Under the pieces are notes generated by a model. That model ran no database searches. It had not been told where the DNA came from and saw nothing but the letters and a program-made list of their open reading frames with translations. The position numbers and the translations under genes were made by a program. Positions 1-9,760 of a stretch of 64,000 nt of DNA are shown here, in pieces. Every line of letters begins with the position of its first letter. The stretch's first letter is position 1. Source of the DNA: a virus (taxonomy: Duplodnaviria; Caudoviricetes); IMG/VR virus record IMGVR_UViG_3300020596_001154, positions 848 through 64,847 of that record; one strand, written 5' to 3'.

Positions 1-803
1 TTAAAGGAGCTGGAAGCTCCGAGTTTATGTAGTAAATCATCTTTATGCTGAGCTGTCCCAACGAATAAGATCCTGGCATTCTTGGTAGCCATCGGCCTAA
101 TAGTCTGGGCATAGTAGTTAAACAGGTCTTCCCGTTGCTGTTTAGTCAAAGAGTTCTGGTTTGATAGAACATCGTCCAGAATGATAGAGTTTGGGTGATT
201 CCCTCTTAACTTGGCTGTAAAGCTCTTTACCTTGATAATGCAATCATTCTTTAACTTGACCTCGTTCTTGTTCCAAACGCTGTCCTTAGAGGTCTTCTCG
301 ATCATTAGAGCGTCCTTTAGGGCCTCATTATCTTCGATAATCTGCTTTATTTCTTCTAGAATCCGTTTTGCCTGATCCTCTGTTTCAGATAAGATCATGG
401 TAAACTTGGACTTTTGGTAAAAAGCTAGCCAGATACTTAAACAAACGCTAAAGAAATGGGACTTGCCAACCCCCCGAGGTGCCAGGGTTATGGCCCGGTC
501 GGCGTATACCTGTGCTGCGAACTTCCTATGGAAGTCCTTTACAGTGAAATGTAGTACTTGCTCAAAGAATAATAGGTAGTCAAATTCAGAGATTTCTTCA
601 ATAAAATCAGCACTTTGTAGGTAGTTTATATACTTTTCTTCAGTATTAAGCTTATGTCGCTTAATCAAGTATTCTGAGACTTCTTTTGGCAGAGGTTTGG
701 ATAAAAGTGAATGATAATAGGCATTAGGGTCCCCTAGGAAATTCTCGTCTGGAGTATCCGGCTCTGGAGAAGAAGGGGGAATTTCCTTTTCATTGTCTGA
801 CAT
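1..803 (-). CDS. terL: Terminase large subunit (N-terminal ATPase part; runs off window edge; absent from ORF track)
   Basis: Manual translation from ATG at 803: MSDNEKEIPP...FHRKF...LAPRGVGKSH (Walker A)...LRGNHPNSIILDD (Walker B)...ILFVGTAQH (motif III); frame open to window start. Confidence 0.85.
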   Translation of the reverse strand, partial: MSDNEKEIPPSSPEPDTPDENFLGDPNAYYHSLLSKPLPKEVSEYLIKRHKLNTEEKYINYLQSADFIEEISEFDYLLFFEQVLHFTVKDFHRKFAAQVYADRAITLAPRGVGKSHFFSVCLSIWLAFYQKSKFTMILSETEDQAKRILEEIKQIIEDNEALKDALMIEKTSKDSVWNKNEVKLKNDCIIKVKSFTAKLRGNHPNSIILDDVLSNQNSLTKQQREDLFNYYAQTIRPMATKNARILFVGTAQHKDDLLHKLGASSSF

Positions 804-826
804 AGTGGGGATCTTTCTTTAAAGCC

Positions 827-835
827 AGTATATCA
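827..835 (-). promoter_or_regulatory. Extended -10 promoter for terminase (TGATATACT)
   Basis: TGnTAnnnT match ~24 nt upstream of terL ATG. Confidence 0.4.
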
Positions 836-873
836 CAAGTCTATGAAATATTTTCCAATATGTAAATATTTCA

Positions 874-882
874 TGGTACACT
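874..882 (+). promoter_or_regulatory. Extended -10 promoter for head operon (TGGTACACT)
   Basis: TGnTAnnnT in AT-rich intergenic DNA; TGGTAnnnT also at 15375 and 19780. Confidence 0.45.
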
Positions 883-930
883 AAACTCTGGTTCTATTTA
901 AACTTTTACAAGTTTACGAAAGGAAGATCA

Positions 931-1560
931 ATGAGTACTGAAAATAAAGACCAAGTAAAGCCCGAAGCTAAAGTTTCAGAAGGTTCTGAAAATTCAGCAA
1001 ACGTAGCGGCTATTAAGAAAGAACTTGAAGAAAAGCTCGAATTAGAGCAAGAATTGGCCCGAGCTAAAACTCGTGCTAAAGATACCGAGTCTAAGTTGCA
1101 AGAAACTGCAGACCAATTCAAGGCCCTTGCCCAACAATTTGATGACTTGAAGAAGAAATCAATGAGTAAGGAAGAACTAGAAGCTTCTGAAAAGAAACAA
1201 CTTTCAGAAGAAAACTCTAAGTTAAAAGAAAAAGTTTCTGGCTTAGAAGTTAGCCTAAAGCAAAAAGGCATTGAGATTACTCGTATTAAAGTAGCTCATG
1301 AAGAAAGACTTCCTGCCGACCTAACCGATATGGTTACCGGAGACAGTGAAGAAGAGATTCGTGCCAAGGCTAAGAAATTAGCTGCACATCTTAGAAGTAA
1401 TAGAGAGTCTGAGACTACTATTATTAATAAAGTTAGAGAAGTTGGTACTGAAACAGGAACAAAAGAAGGTGTACAACCTCAAGGACAGCAAACGGGAAGC
1501 AAGAAACCTCAAAACTTTCAAGAAGCGAAAGACGCTCTCTATAAAAAGTTTGTCGGTTAA
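931..1560 (+). CDS. Capsid scaffolding protein
   Basis: Charged coiled-coil with LPADLTDMVTGDSEEEIRAKAKKL motif, directly upstream of MCP. Confidence 0.65.
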   Translation: MSTENKDQVKPEAKVSEGSENSANVAAIKKELEEKLELEQELARAKTRAKDTESKLQETADQFKALAQQFDDLKKKSMSKEELEASEKKQLSEENSKLKEKVSGLEVSLKQKGIEITRIKVAHEERLPADLTDMVTGDSEEEIRAKAKKLAAHLRSNRESETTIINKVREVGTETGTKEGVQPQGQQTGSKKPQNFQEAKDALYKKFVG

Positions 1561-1620
1561 TTCTCCTTGTACTTAATTGAATGTGCACTTATAATTATTA
1601 ACTAAGGGAGAGGGACTAAT

Positions 1621-2658
1621 ATGTCAATATTACGCTTTACACCGAGTTCTGGAAGTATTCTTCCTGCACTTGGGGCGAACCGCGCTGAGCTTAACGATCT
1701 TTTCGAAGATGCAGTTACTAACCAGCTTAACGATGATAACTTACTTCGAACACTTCTACCTGAATTACCTATGGTCGGAAACCCATACGGAATCAGGCTA
1801 CGAACTGGTCGCAACGCTACCGCTGCAATGAAGGCAGAACCTGCTGATGGTTCGTTCTCACAAACAGACGCTAACTTCGGAAATCAAGACCGATTACGAG
1901 CTGCTGTTTTAGCTGAAATTGTACAAATCGGTATCCAAATTTCTGACTATATGATGGCTTCGGCTTCCGGCGCAGGCGGGCTAGATATCATGGTAGAAGA
2001 AATTGAAGGCGCGACAATGGACTTCCGAGATTTGGAAGAAAAACAATTGTTTGCTATCAACTCTGGAACCATTGCTGGTGAAAGTGCACAAAACTTTACC
2101 GGACTACGACATATCATCCAAGATAGTACTCCTACTCCTACGGACACGGATACTCTTTATGGACTTGATAGAACTGCTAGCACTGTTCTTTTCTCGAATG
2201 CCCAATACGGCGCAGTTCCTGGAACGCCAGAAGCTATTACACGACAAAAGTTAGATACAGCGATGCGTGACGTATTTACGGATGGAGCTCGTGGCTCTCT
2301 TTGGATTACGAAACCTGAGCAACTCGACAGTATCAATGACTTATTTTCCGCTGGACAACGCTTCATGAATGAAGTTGAAATCGAAGCCGGATTTGTAGTT
2401 CAAAGTTACCGTGGAATTCCAATCGTTGTGTCAGTAAACTGTTCGGATACGAACGGTGCTACACTAGTAAATGACGCTGCCGGACCTGGCGATGTGTTCT
2501 TGCTTGATCGACGTTTTATCGAAAAGCGAGTTCTAAAATCTCCTTCCTTAACAGCTATTGCTAAAGATGGACCAACTGAGAAAATGTATCTTGAAGCTTT
2601 CGAAAATCTCGTAGCCAAGAAACCAAATGCTCACGCAGCTATCTACGACTTGAACTAA
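1621..2658 (+). CDS. Major capsid protein (HK97 fold)
   Basis: 345 aa; strong RBS; FTGLRHII, YRGIPIVVS and C-terminal KKPNAHAAIYDL typical of HK97-like MCPs; followed by terminator. Confidence 0.8.
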   Translation: MSILRFTPSSGSILPALGANRAELNDLFEDAVTNQLNDDNLLRTLLPELPMVGNPYGIRLRTGRNATAAMKAEPADGSFSQTDANFGNQDRLRAAVLAEIVQIGIQISDYMMASASGAGGLDIMVEEIEGATMDFRDLEEKQLFAINSGTIAGESAQNFTGLRHIIQDSTPTPTDTDTLYGLDRTASTVLFSNAQYGAVPGTPEAITRQKLDTAMRDVFTDGARGSLWITKPEQLDSINDLFSAGQRFMNEVEIEAGFVVQSYRGIPIVVSVNCSDTNGATLVNDAAGPGDVFLLDRRFIEKRVLKSPSLTAIAKDGPTEKMYLEAFENLVAKKPNAHAAIYDLN

Positions 2659-2676
2659 TAGTTCGTTGAAAATTAA

Positions 2677-2712
2677 AGAAGTGGGGTGGTAAAATACCCC
2701 ACTTCTATTTTT
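2677..2712 (+). terminator. Rho-independent terminator after MCP
   Basis: AGAAGTGGGGT-loop-ACCCCACTTCT followed by ATTTTT. Confidence 0.7.
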
Positions 2713-2728
2713 CTAGAAAGGACCTCAA

Positions 2729-3073
2729 ATGCTTCGATATGGTAAACAATCTCCTTCGTCTGATGAAGCGAGCCCTGATAAACTTAACCGAGAACGAATG
2801 GTTGAGAAAGCAGCCGCTAAATTTATCAGAAAACTTGAACTGATGGTAGAGTCTAAATTACCAAAAGAACATATTCTTGCTTCAGCAGCACAATATGGAT
2901 TAGAGACAGCTGATTATTCTAAAAAAATATCTGACTATCTCGGCATTGTAAGCCCTGCTCCTGAAACAGTATCGAAGTCTCAGAAGCCGACTCACAAAAA
3001 ATCTGAGTCGAAGAAAGAAGCTAAGACAGAAGAAGTTGTTGCAAAACAACTAGAGTCTTCTGAAGCTGAGTAA
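2729..3073 (+). CDS. Hypothetical protein (head region)
   Basis: RBS AAAGGA; operon position. Confidence 0.55.
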   Translation: MLRYGKQSPSSDEASPDKLNRERMVEKAAAKFIRKLELMVESKLPKEHILASAAQYGLETADYSKKISDYLGIVSPAPETVSKSQKPTHKKSESKKEAKTEEVVAKQLESSEAE

Positions 3074-3098
3074 CAGTCGTGAAATCGAGGGGATTTAA

Positions 3099-3524
3099 GT
3101 GTTACAGCGGAAGACCACAATTACATACTGCAAAAATTCTGACCTAAGACTCCGTTTTCCAGATATCAAAAACTATCTCGATTCCAATTGGTCCGATCAA
3201 AATGTAGAGCACTACCTCAACGAAATGAGAAACCAATCTCATTTATGGATCAACAATCAACTAGAAGCTTTTGAGCTTCAAACTTTCGCTTTAGATAACG
3301 ACAAACGCATTATCGAAGCAGACTACTCAATATATTTAGTACTAAGAGGCTCTTCCAAAAGAGTTTCTCCAGATTTACTGGAAAGATTTCTTTCAGATTC
3401 CCGTAATGGACTTGCTGAAATTGAGAAGAAAAAATCATCCAGAAAAAACCTCAATTCCCAAACGAGCCGCTTTTCCAGACAACGAACTAAGATGAAGGAT
3501 TTCGGCAACTTAGGGGACCGTTAA
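3099..3524 (+). CDS. Putative head-tail adaptor
   Basis: Size, position, N-terminal YC..SDLRLRF motif resembling gp36/gp6-type connectors. Confidence 0.4.
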   Translation: MLQRKTTITYCKNSDLRLRFPDIKNYLDSNWSDQNVEHYLNEMRNQSHLWINNQLEAFELQTFALDNDKRIIEADYSIYLVLRGSSKRVSPDLLERFLSDSRNGLAEIEKKKSSRKNLNSQTSRFSRQRTKMKDFGNLGDR

Positions 3525-4045
3525 TGGTTAAAATCACTTTAAGTGGTAAAGCCGTTGAACAGAGCGGAGGCCTTGTTAATTTCATGCAAGATTTAACAAA
3601 GGCTATAAACAGGGCTATAAACAGGTCTGTTGAAGCTGAGTCACGTAAGTTGGCTAAAACTGTAGTTCGTACATTCGAAAATCAAGCCCTACCTCTACCT
3701 GCTTTAAACGCAGACTACAAAAAACAAAAGATAAAACAAGGTTTTGACCGACGCATTGGATTTAGGACTAAGTCTATGGTCAAAGCTATTAAATTCTTTA
3801 AAAATTCTAAGCGTAAATTCTTTGTCGGTGTCAGACGTCAAAATGCTTTGGGTAGAGCTAAGACTGTACAAAAGACCGCAATTCCTAAATACGCACGTTA
3901 TTTTGAATTTGGAACGCCTAAACAACCGCCACGGGCTGTATATACCCCACTTTTAAAGGCATCCCTGCCTAAATACTCTAGAACGATTAAGCGTGAGATT
4001 AGAGTAGCTATACACGATGTTGTAACTATTTGGGGATGGATCTAA
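3524..4045 (+). CDS. Neck/tail-completion protein (HK97 gp10/virion morphogenesis-like)
   Basis: Basic protein with YARYFEFGT..QPPRA motif. Confidence 0.6.
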   Translation: MVKITLSGKAVEQSGGLVNFMQDLTKAINRAINRSVEAESRKLAKTVVRTFENQALPLPALNADYKKQKIKQGFDRRIGFRTKSMVKAIKFFKNSKRKFFVGVRRQNALGRAKTVQKTAIPKYARYFEFGTPKQPPRAVYTPLLKASLPKYSRTIKREIRVAIHDVVTIWGWI

Positions 4046-4048
4046 GTA

Positions 4049-4654
4049 ATGAATGGTATGGACTCAAGCCCATTTCCAGACCTAGGCCCTAAAACTGTAA
4101 GTAAATTACTACAGAATAGGCTGTCAGATATCGTCATTAGAGATCGACACGTCCCAGTTCAGTGGGAAAGCCCTGAAAGTTCAGAGCTTAAAGAGACCTA
4201 CCCATGTATATATCTTGAATTTTTAGACCTAGAACGTGCTGACGACCGGCAATTTTCTGGTACAATAGACTATGCCTTTAACCAGTTATCTGATGGAACT
4301 TACGCAGATTCGGTTAGGATAAAACAGCCTGATGCATACTTTGCCTCCTTCAGTGTTCATTTGTATGCAGAGAGTGTTGATGATACAATAGAGTTGGTAA
4401 CAGAGGTCAATAGAAGGATACCCTCTTTTGGTTACCAGTTTATACTAAACGATGGAAAATACCGTTTAGCGGTTCAGAGACCTGAGCCAAGTATAAATGC
4501 GGATATTGTGGAAGATGTATTCTTTCATCGCATCTATACTTATCGGATTGAAAGCTACTTGTTTGACTATAGTTCACTAACAAGTCTTCCAACCCTAGAT
4601 CAGAGTAATATAGACCTCAGCAAGGTCAACATAGAGGTAGTGGTAAAAGATTAA
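4049..4654 (+). CDS. Tail terminator (Pvc16/gp15-like)
   Basis: YPCIYLEFLD motif, acidic, just upstream of sheath. Confidence 0.5.
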   Translation: MNGMDSSPFPDLGPKTVSKLLQNRLSDIVIRDRHVPVQWESPESSELKETYPCIYLEFLDLERADDRQFSGTIDYAFNQLSDGTYADSVRIKQPDAYFASFSVHLYAESVDDTIELVTEVNRRIPSFGYQFILNDGKYRLAVQRPEPSINADIVEDVFFHRIYTYRIESYLFDYSSLTSLPTLDQSNIDLSKVNIEVVVKD

Positions 4655-4657
4655 GAT

Positions 4658-4975
4658 ATGAAAATAAGACATCTAAAAAATCAAATTAGAAGTTTTAATC
4701 TTATGAGTGGTAAATCACTTTACTTGTACCCACTAGCCGAAAATATCGAAATTTCTGAGCAAGATTTTTACCTTTCTAAAAAATTACAGCGGTACGTCAA
4801 AGACGAAAGGGCTGTAATAATTCAGGAAGATAGAGTTTACGGAGAAAGTCAAGTTAATGCCTTACAGGGCTTAGAGACTTACGAAAGAGGTCAAGCTTTC
4901 TCAACTAGTGATAATAATTCTTTGAGTAGTAATTCGAAGAAAAATAAAAAGAAGCAAAAGTCTTCGGAGGAATAA
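4658..4975 (+). CDS. Hypothetical virion-region protein
   Basis: Tightly packed ORF preceding sheath. Confidence 0.5.
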   Translation: MKIRHLKNQIRSFNLMSGKSLYLYPLAENIEISEQDFYLSKKLQRYVKDERAVIIQEDRVYGESQVNALQGLETYERGQAFSTSDNNSLSSNSKKNKKKQKSSEE

Positions 4976-4978
4976 AAA

Positions 4979-7417
4979 ATGGCAGCTCCTAAAGTCTTGA
5001 TAAGAGAAGTTCAGTCAGGAACTAATACAATTGTTGGTGTAGGCACCTCAGTTGCTGGTTTTGTTGGCTTAGCAGACAAAGGCCCTATCGGCCAAGCTCA
5101 ACTTGTAAGTTCTTTCGAACAATACACACAAGAATATGGCGATTTTAGATCGGATTCATATTTGTCTCACGCTGTCTTAGGATTTTTCCAGAACGGCGGA
5201 CAATCATGCTTCGTAGTTAGAACTGGACACTACAGCAATTTAGCCAATGGTATTTTAGAAGTTACTGAAAATGCCAAGTCGACTGTAACTATAGTTGATA
5301 GAAATGAATCGGCTTCGATTCTCCAAGTAGACGCTCTTAGCGAAGGAGATCATGGAAATGATCTAGCCATTAAAATTAGCAGAGCTTCAAATGAGTCTTC
5401 TTCTTTCAATAAAGTATTTGGTTCTGATGCGGGAGTATACACAGACAATACATCAGCTGCTAGATCTGCCGCCCTTTTCAAGGCTATGGTAGATGATGGT
5501 GGATCTTTCTCAGATTCTACTGTTGCCGCTGCTACTGCAGGTGGCGGAACTCCATTTAATGCATTAAGCGCCGCTCCTGCTATTGATGATGCTTTATATA
5601 TTGGAGCTAAAGAACGAACTTTTGATTCCATGTATTTCGGAATCTCTACGCCGGCTACGACTGCGGGTGTTGCCCAATTAGAGTATTGGAACGGATCTTC
5701 GTGGCAATCACTAAGCCCTACCACTGACCAGATCACTTCTGGTGGAATCACTTTTGGAGCCGCAGTTAATGCTAATGCTTTAGTACAATTTAGTGTTCCA
5801 GCTGACTGGAAACGAGTTTCCATAAATAGTTCATTAGGTTACTGGGTTCGATACAAAGTTACGACAGTGTTCAGCGGCACTGCCCCACAAATTAACAGAG
5901 TAAGCTTAAGTGAAGACAAACCTTTTGGTGCCTTCACAGCTGTAGCAAGTAATGTAACTGAAACAGCCGCTGCCACAGCAGTCAATGATGTTATGTATCT
6001 TGGCTCTAATTCACCTTTCAAGTATGCCGTACTTTCGTTACTAACCCCTGGAGATTCTTCAGGAATAGTAGCTTGGGAATACTGGAATGGTCAAAGTTGG
6101 TCTGCACTACAAAACATCACACAGACTGTTGCCAATGCACAACACTTACGAGCATCTGGCACTGTTGGATGGGATTCCCCAAGTGATTGGAGAAAGACCT
6201 CTATCAACAGTAGCTCAAGCTTTTATTTTGTTAGAGCACGAATTACCACAGACTATTCATCGGCTTATCCTTCATTAGACCACGCCTTACCCGCCTCAGA
6301 CTTGTTTAAACTTTCAGTCTTGCTATCAGGTACTGAAGTTGAGTCTTTTGATAACGTGCAAGTAGAAGACAGCTCCCTAGCTAGCTACGCAGAGTCTATT
6401 AATTCAGCACATGTAGCTGTTTCAGTATTGGCGAATGCAACTACTGCTCCTAACAATCGACCTATCGAAGTTGTTTCAGCAAGTCTCTCTGGAGGCCTAT
6501 ACGTAACATCTTCCGTTAATGACAATGATTATGTTGGAAGTGAAGCTTCACTATCTGGCCTAGAAGCCCTACCAGATGAAGTTAACGTTGTAGTTATCCC
6601 TGGGATCAGAACTGAAGCTGTATACAACGGTATGTTAAGTCACTGTGAGCGACAAGCAGATCGAATGGCTATACTTGAAGCCCCTGGAGATAGTAGCACA
6701 GATACACCACTTGAATTAGTTGAACTAGTTCGTGATGAAGCTGCTTTAAATTCCAGCTATGGAGCTATTTATGACTATTGGATTTTAGTTCCTGATCCTG
6801 TAACAGGCATCAGAATCGCAGTCCCACCTTCTGGGCATCTAGCCGGTATGTATGCCAGAGTAGACGAAGCTCGCGGTGTGTGGAAAGCTCCTGCTGGCGT
6901 CCAGGATGGACGACTTTTTGGAGCCCTTGGAGTAGTTCGAAAGACTTCTCAAGCTGAACGAGATTTGATGTATGATAACAAGATCAACCCGATCCGGGAC
7001 CAAGCTGGTTTCGGAGTTTACGTTGATGGATCAATTACACTAGCTCCTTTAGGAACGGATTTTGATCGAGTATCGGTCCGAAGATTGTTCTTATTTGTTG
7101 AAGAAAGTCTACAAGACGCTTCTGAAGTTTATAAGCATGAGCCTATTGACAGCAAGCTATTTGATAAAATGCGATCAAGCTATTCTTCCTTTTTACTAGA
7201 CCTTTGGAGAAAAGGTGGACTAAGAGGAACTAAAGCTTCTGATGCATTCTTTGTAATAGTGAATGATAGCAATAACCCACCTTCATCTGTTAATAAACGA
7301 CAAGTGAATGTAAAGATTGGTCTTGCAGCTCTACAACCAGCGGAGATGATCGTCCTTGAGTTCACGGTCGACAAGAGAGCCTTAAACGCCGAACTCGCAT
7401 CACAAGGTTTAGTATAA
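4979..7417 (+). CDS. Contractile tail sheath protein with inserted domains
   Basis: PKVLIREV..GVGTSVAGFVG..FFQNGG N-terminus; PPSGHLAGMYARVD..RGVWKAPAG, INPIR, VRRLFLFVEES, QPAEMIVL C-terminus. Confidence 0.95.
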   Translation: MAAPKVLIREVQSGTNTIVGVGTSVAGFVGLADKGPIGQAQLVSSFEQYTQEYGDFRSDSYLSHAVLGFFQNGGQSCFVVRTGHYSNLANGILEVTENAKSTVTIVDRNESASILQVDALSEGDHGNDLAIKISRASNESSSFNKVFGSDAGVYTDNTSAARSAALFKAMVDDGGSFSDSTVAAATAGGGTPFNALSAAPAIDDALYIGAKERTFDSMYFGISTPATTAGVAQLEYWNGSSWQSLSPTTDQITSGGITFGAAVNANALVQFSVPADWKRVSINSSLGYWVRYKVTTVFSGTAPQINRVSLSEDKPFGAFTAVASNVTETAAATAVNDVMYLGSNSPFKYAVLSLLTPGDSSGIVAWEYWNGQSWSALQNITQTVANAQHLRASGTVGWDSPSDWRKTSINSSSSFYFVRARITTDYSSAYPSLDHALPASDLFKLSVLLSGTEVESFDNVQVEDSSLASYAESINSAHVAVSVLANATTAPNNRPIEVVSASLSGGLYVTSSVNDNDYVGSEASLSGLEALPDEVNVVVIPGIRTEAVYNGMLSHCERQADRMAILEAPGDSSTDTPLELVELVRDEAALNSSYGAIYDYWILVPDPVTGIRIAVPPSGHLAGMYARVDEARGVWKAPAGVQDGRLFGALGVVRKTSQAERDLMYDNKINPIRDQAGFGVYVDGSITLAPLGTDFDRVSVRRLFLFVEESLQDASEVYKHEPIDSKLFDKMRSSYSSFLLDLWRKGGLRGTKASDAFFVIVNDSNNPPSSVNKRQVNVKIGLAALQPAEMIVLEFTVDKRALNAELASQGLV

Positions 7418-7432
7418 TAGGAGATATTTAAC

Positions 7433-7900
7433 ATGGCAAAAATGAATGCATCAGATGGCAGTCTACCTGCTTTTACATTTCGAGTAGTACTAGGCGACTT
7501 GTCAATCGGATTTTCCGAAATTTCAGGATTAAAACAGGAAACTGAAGAAATCCTTTACAGAAATGGCGACGAAGCAACTCGACAGCATAAACTCAGAGGC
7601 TTAACTACCTTTCAAGATGTAACCTTAAAACAAGGGTTACTTCGAGACGGAGTCGCTATACAAGAAGCTCTTACCACATTCAACATTGAATCTGGTACTG
7701 CACAAGCTTCCCAGTATGTTTATGGAGAAGTTCGAATTGTTCAAATGGACCAAAGCGGTGCCGATGTTCTTGAATGGACATTAGAAAATGCTTGGGTCAG
7801 TTCTGTTGAAATCGATTCTTATGATTCCAACTCTTCAGCACTACAGTTCTCTACTTTGACTTTGAAGCATGAAGGCCTACGCTACGCCAAGAAGTCCTAA
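7433..7900 (+). CDS. Tail tube protein 1 (T4 gp19/Afp1-like)
   Basis: FTFRV..GFSEISGL..YRNG..KLRG..DVTLKQG..W.LENAWVS..LKHEG. Confidence 0.85.
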   Translation: MAKMNASDGSLPAFTFRVVLGDLSIGFSEISGLKQETEEILYRNGDEATRQHKLRGLTTFQDVTLKQGLLRDGVAIQEALTTFNIESGTAQASQYVYGEVRIVQMDQSGADVLEWTLENAWVSSVEIDSYDSNSSALQFSTLTLKHEGLRYAKKS

Positions 7901-7920
7901 CAGACCTTTCTAAATATTAT

Positions 7921-7950
7921 TGGGACAGAAAGACTCTATATTCTGTCCCA
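7921..7950 (+). terminator. Inverted repeat after tube 1 (terminator/processing hairpin)
   Basis: TGGGACAGAA-10 nt-TTCTGTCCCA; right arm duplicated immediately after. Confidence 0.45.
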
Positions 7951-7975
7951 ATCTGTCCCAATTCAGTTTAACATC

Positions 7976-8455
7976 ATGCCTAAACTTACTTCTACAGTTC
8001 CTGGCGCAATTCCAGGTTTCATGTTCAGACTAGACGTACAAGGATTATCCATTGGACAAGCTTCCAAAATTGATGGACTTTCCAGTACGACAGACGTAGT
8101 TACATATAGAGGCGGAGCTGAGGGCGATACTCTTAGAAAACAAAAAGGGTTGACCCAGTATGATGATCTAGTTATCGAACACATCTATAAAGCTGACTTT
8201 ACTACATGGGCTTCGCTGGGATTAGTATTCGAACCCACCGCAGGTGCATTTGGAATATCATCCCCAATTTATAAATTTACTATTATAATCACTTTAATGG
8301 ATCATGATGGGAACGACAGGGTTCAATTCTTTGTGAAGAATGCTTGGATTAAATCTTATAAGATCAACAACTTAGATGCGAATACTTCAGCTTACGCAAT
8401 CGAGCAACTCACTTTAGCTCATGAAGGTTTTTCTAGAATAGGTGTGGACATATAA
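7976..8455 (+). CDS. Tail tube protein paralog 2
   Basis: gp19-like motifs (YRGG, KQKG, NAWIKSY, LDA, EQLTLAHEG). Confidence 0.8.
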   Translation: MPKLTSTVPGAIPGFMFRLDVQGLSIGQASKIDGLSSTTDVVTYRGGAEGDTLRKQKGLTQYDDLVIEHIYKADFTTWASLGLVFEPTAGAFGISSPIYKFTIIITLMDHDGNDRVQFFVKNAWIKSYKINNLDANTSAYAIEQLTLAHEGFSRIGVDI

Positions 8456-8994
8456 TGCCAGTATTCGAGACTTTCGATGATATAATTCCATCCTACAAAT
8501 TCTTAGTAGAAATACCAGGATTTGGGTCCGTGAATTTCTCTGCCGTAGAAGGAATGGGTTTTACCCACAGAGTCCAGAAGTACATCTCTGGAGGCACTTT
8601 CCAGTCTGCCGAATTGTATCTAGGAACAGACTATCATGATGTGACTCTTCGTCGAGGCATGAGTAGGTCAGCACAGTTATACGACTGGGCTAATCATGCC
8701 GTAGCTATCTATGACGAATATTCACAGCAAACTGAGTTTGGCCACCAATCTAAACAACAAAGTGTAGTACTTCCACACACTTATAAGGTTGATGTAACTA
8801 TTAGCCAGCTATCCGTAGCAGGCATTGTAATGAAAAAATGGGTGTTGACAGAAGCATGGGTAAAGGGTTACAATATCAGTAACTTAGATGCATCCCGTAG
8901 TGAACTAAGCTTTGAGTCTATCACACTATCATGTTCTGGAATTTTATCGGATTTCGCAGTAGACACTACCTCTCTTGCTGGAATTCTTGTCTAA
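8455..8994 (+). CDS. Tail tube protein paralog 3 (Afp5/tube-initiator-like)
   Basis: YKFLVEI, DVTLRRGM..LYDW, W.LTEAWVKGY..LDASRSELSFESITL. Confidence 0.8.
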   Translation: MPVFETFDDIIPSYKFLVEIPGFGSVNFSAVEGMGFTHRVQKYISGGTFQSAELYLGTDYHDVTLRRGMSRSAQLYDWANHAVAIYDEYSQQTEFGHQSKQQSVVLPHTYKVDVTISQLSVAGIVMKKWVLTEAWVKGYNISNLDASRSELSFESITLSCSGILSDFAVDTTSLAGILV

Positions 8995-9007
8995 GAAAGG
9001 AAAATAA

Positions 9008-9760
9008 ATGGAACCTATTTCACAATTATTTCAGTACCGAGAAAAGGAAGTTGAACTTCCCAATGGGTACTTAGATTCTGACGGAGTACTGCATAGAGCA
9101 GTTAACGTAAGAGAACTTTCTGGAGAAGAAGAAGATATCCTTTTAGATGAAACTGAGTCAAAGAATGGCACCACAATCACTAATATTCTAAATAGAGTGT
9201 GTAAGCTTAAAGACAAACCCACACAGAAATTTGTCTCCGATTTATTAATGGTGGATCAACTGTATTTACTAGTACAGACCCGGTCATTGACATATGGAGA
9301 TACATTCAAGTTTGATCAACTTTGTTCAAACCAAGCGTGCCAAAAAATTTCCAGAGTTAATCTAGAACTTAGTTCCTTGAAATTCCAAGGATCAAGTAAC
9401 CCTAAATCACTTGAAGAGACTATAGAGTTACCAAATACCGGTGTTTCTGTCAGATTCAAGAAGAATCAAGGAAAAGACCAAGGAAGTCTACAAAAGATTC
9501 AAAAGGGTGCCAAAGACAAAGTCTCGCAGTTACTCATGTACAGAATTATTGAACTGACTAAAGAAGGTGTTGAATACCCTAAAATGGTAGTCAAATCTTT
9601 GCCGGGGGAAGACCGAAAATTTCTCCGTGAATTTATGAGAAAATCTGAGGGGGATGCCGAAACAATGATAGACTTTAGTTGCTATCATTGCAGGCATGAA
9701 ATGAAAATACAACTGCCGTTTGACCAGAATTTTTTTTGCTTAACGGAGGACGTAGACTAA
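9008..9760 (+). CDS. Tail/baseplate assembly chaperone (T4 gp26-like)
   Basis: VELP.G..RELSGEEEDIL, two Cys-pair Zn sites, ends FDQNFF. Confidence 0.65.
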   Translation: MEPISQLFQYREKEVELPNGYLDSDGVLHRAVNVRELSGEEEDILLDETESKNGTTITNILNRVCKLKDKPTQKFVSDLLMVDQLYLLVQTRSLTYGDTFKFDQLCSNQACQKISRVNLELSSLKFQGSSNPKSLEETIELPNTGVSVRFKKNQGKDQGSLQKIQKGAKDKVSQLLMYRIIELTKEGVEYPKMVVKSLPGEDRKFLREFMRKSEGDAETMIDFSCYHCRHEMKIQLPFDQNFFCLTEDVD

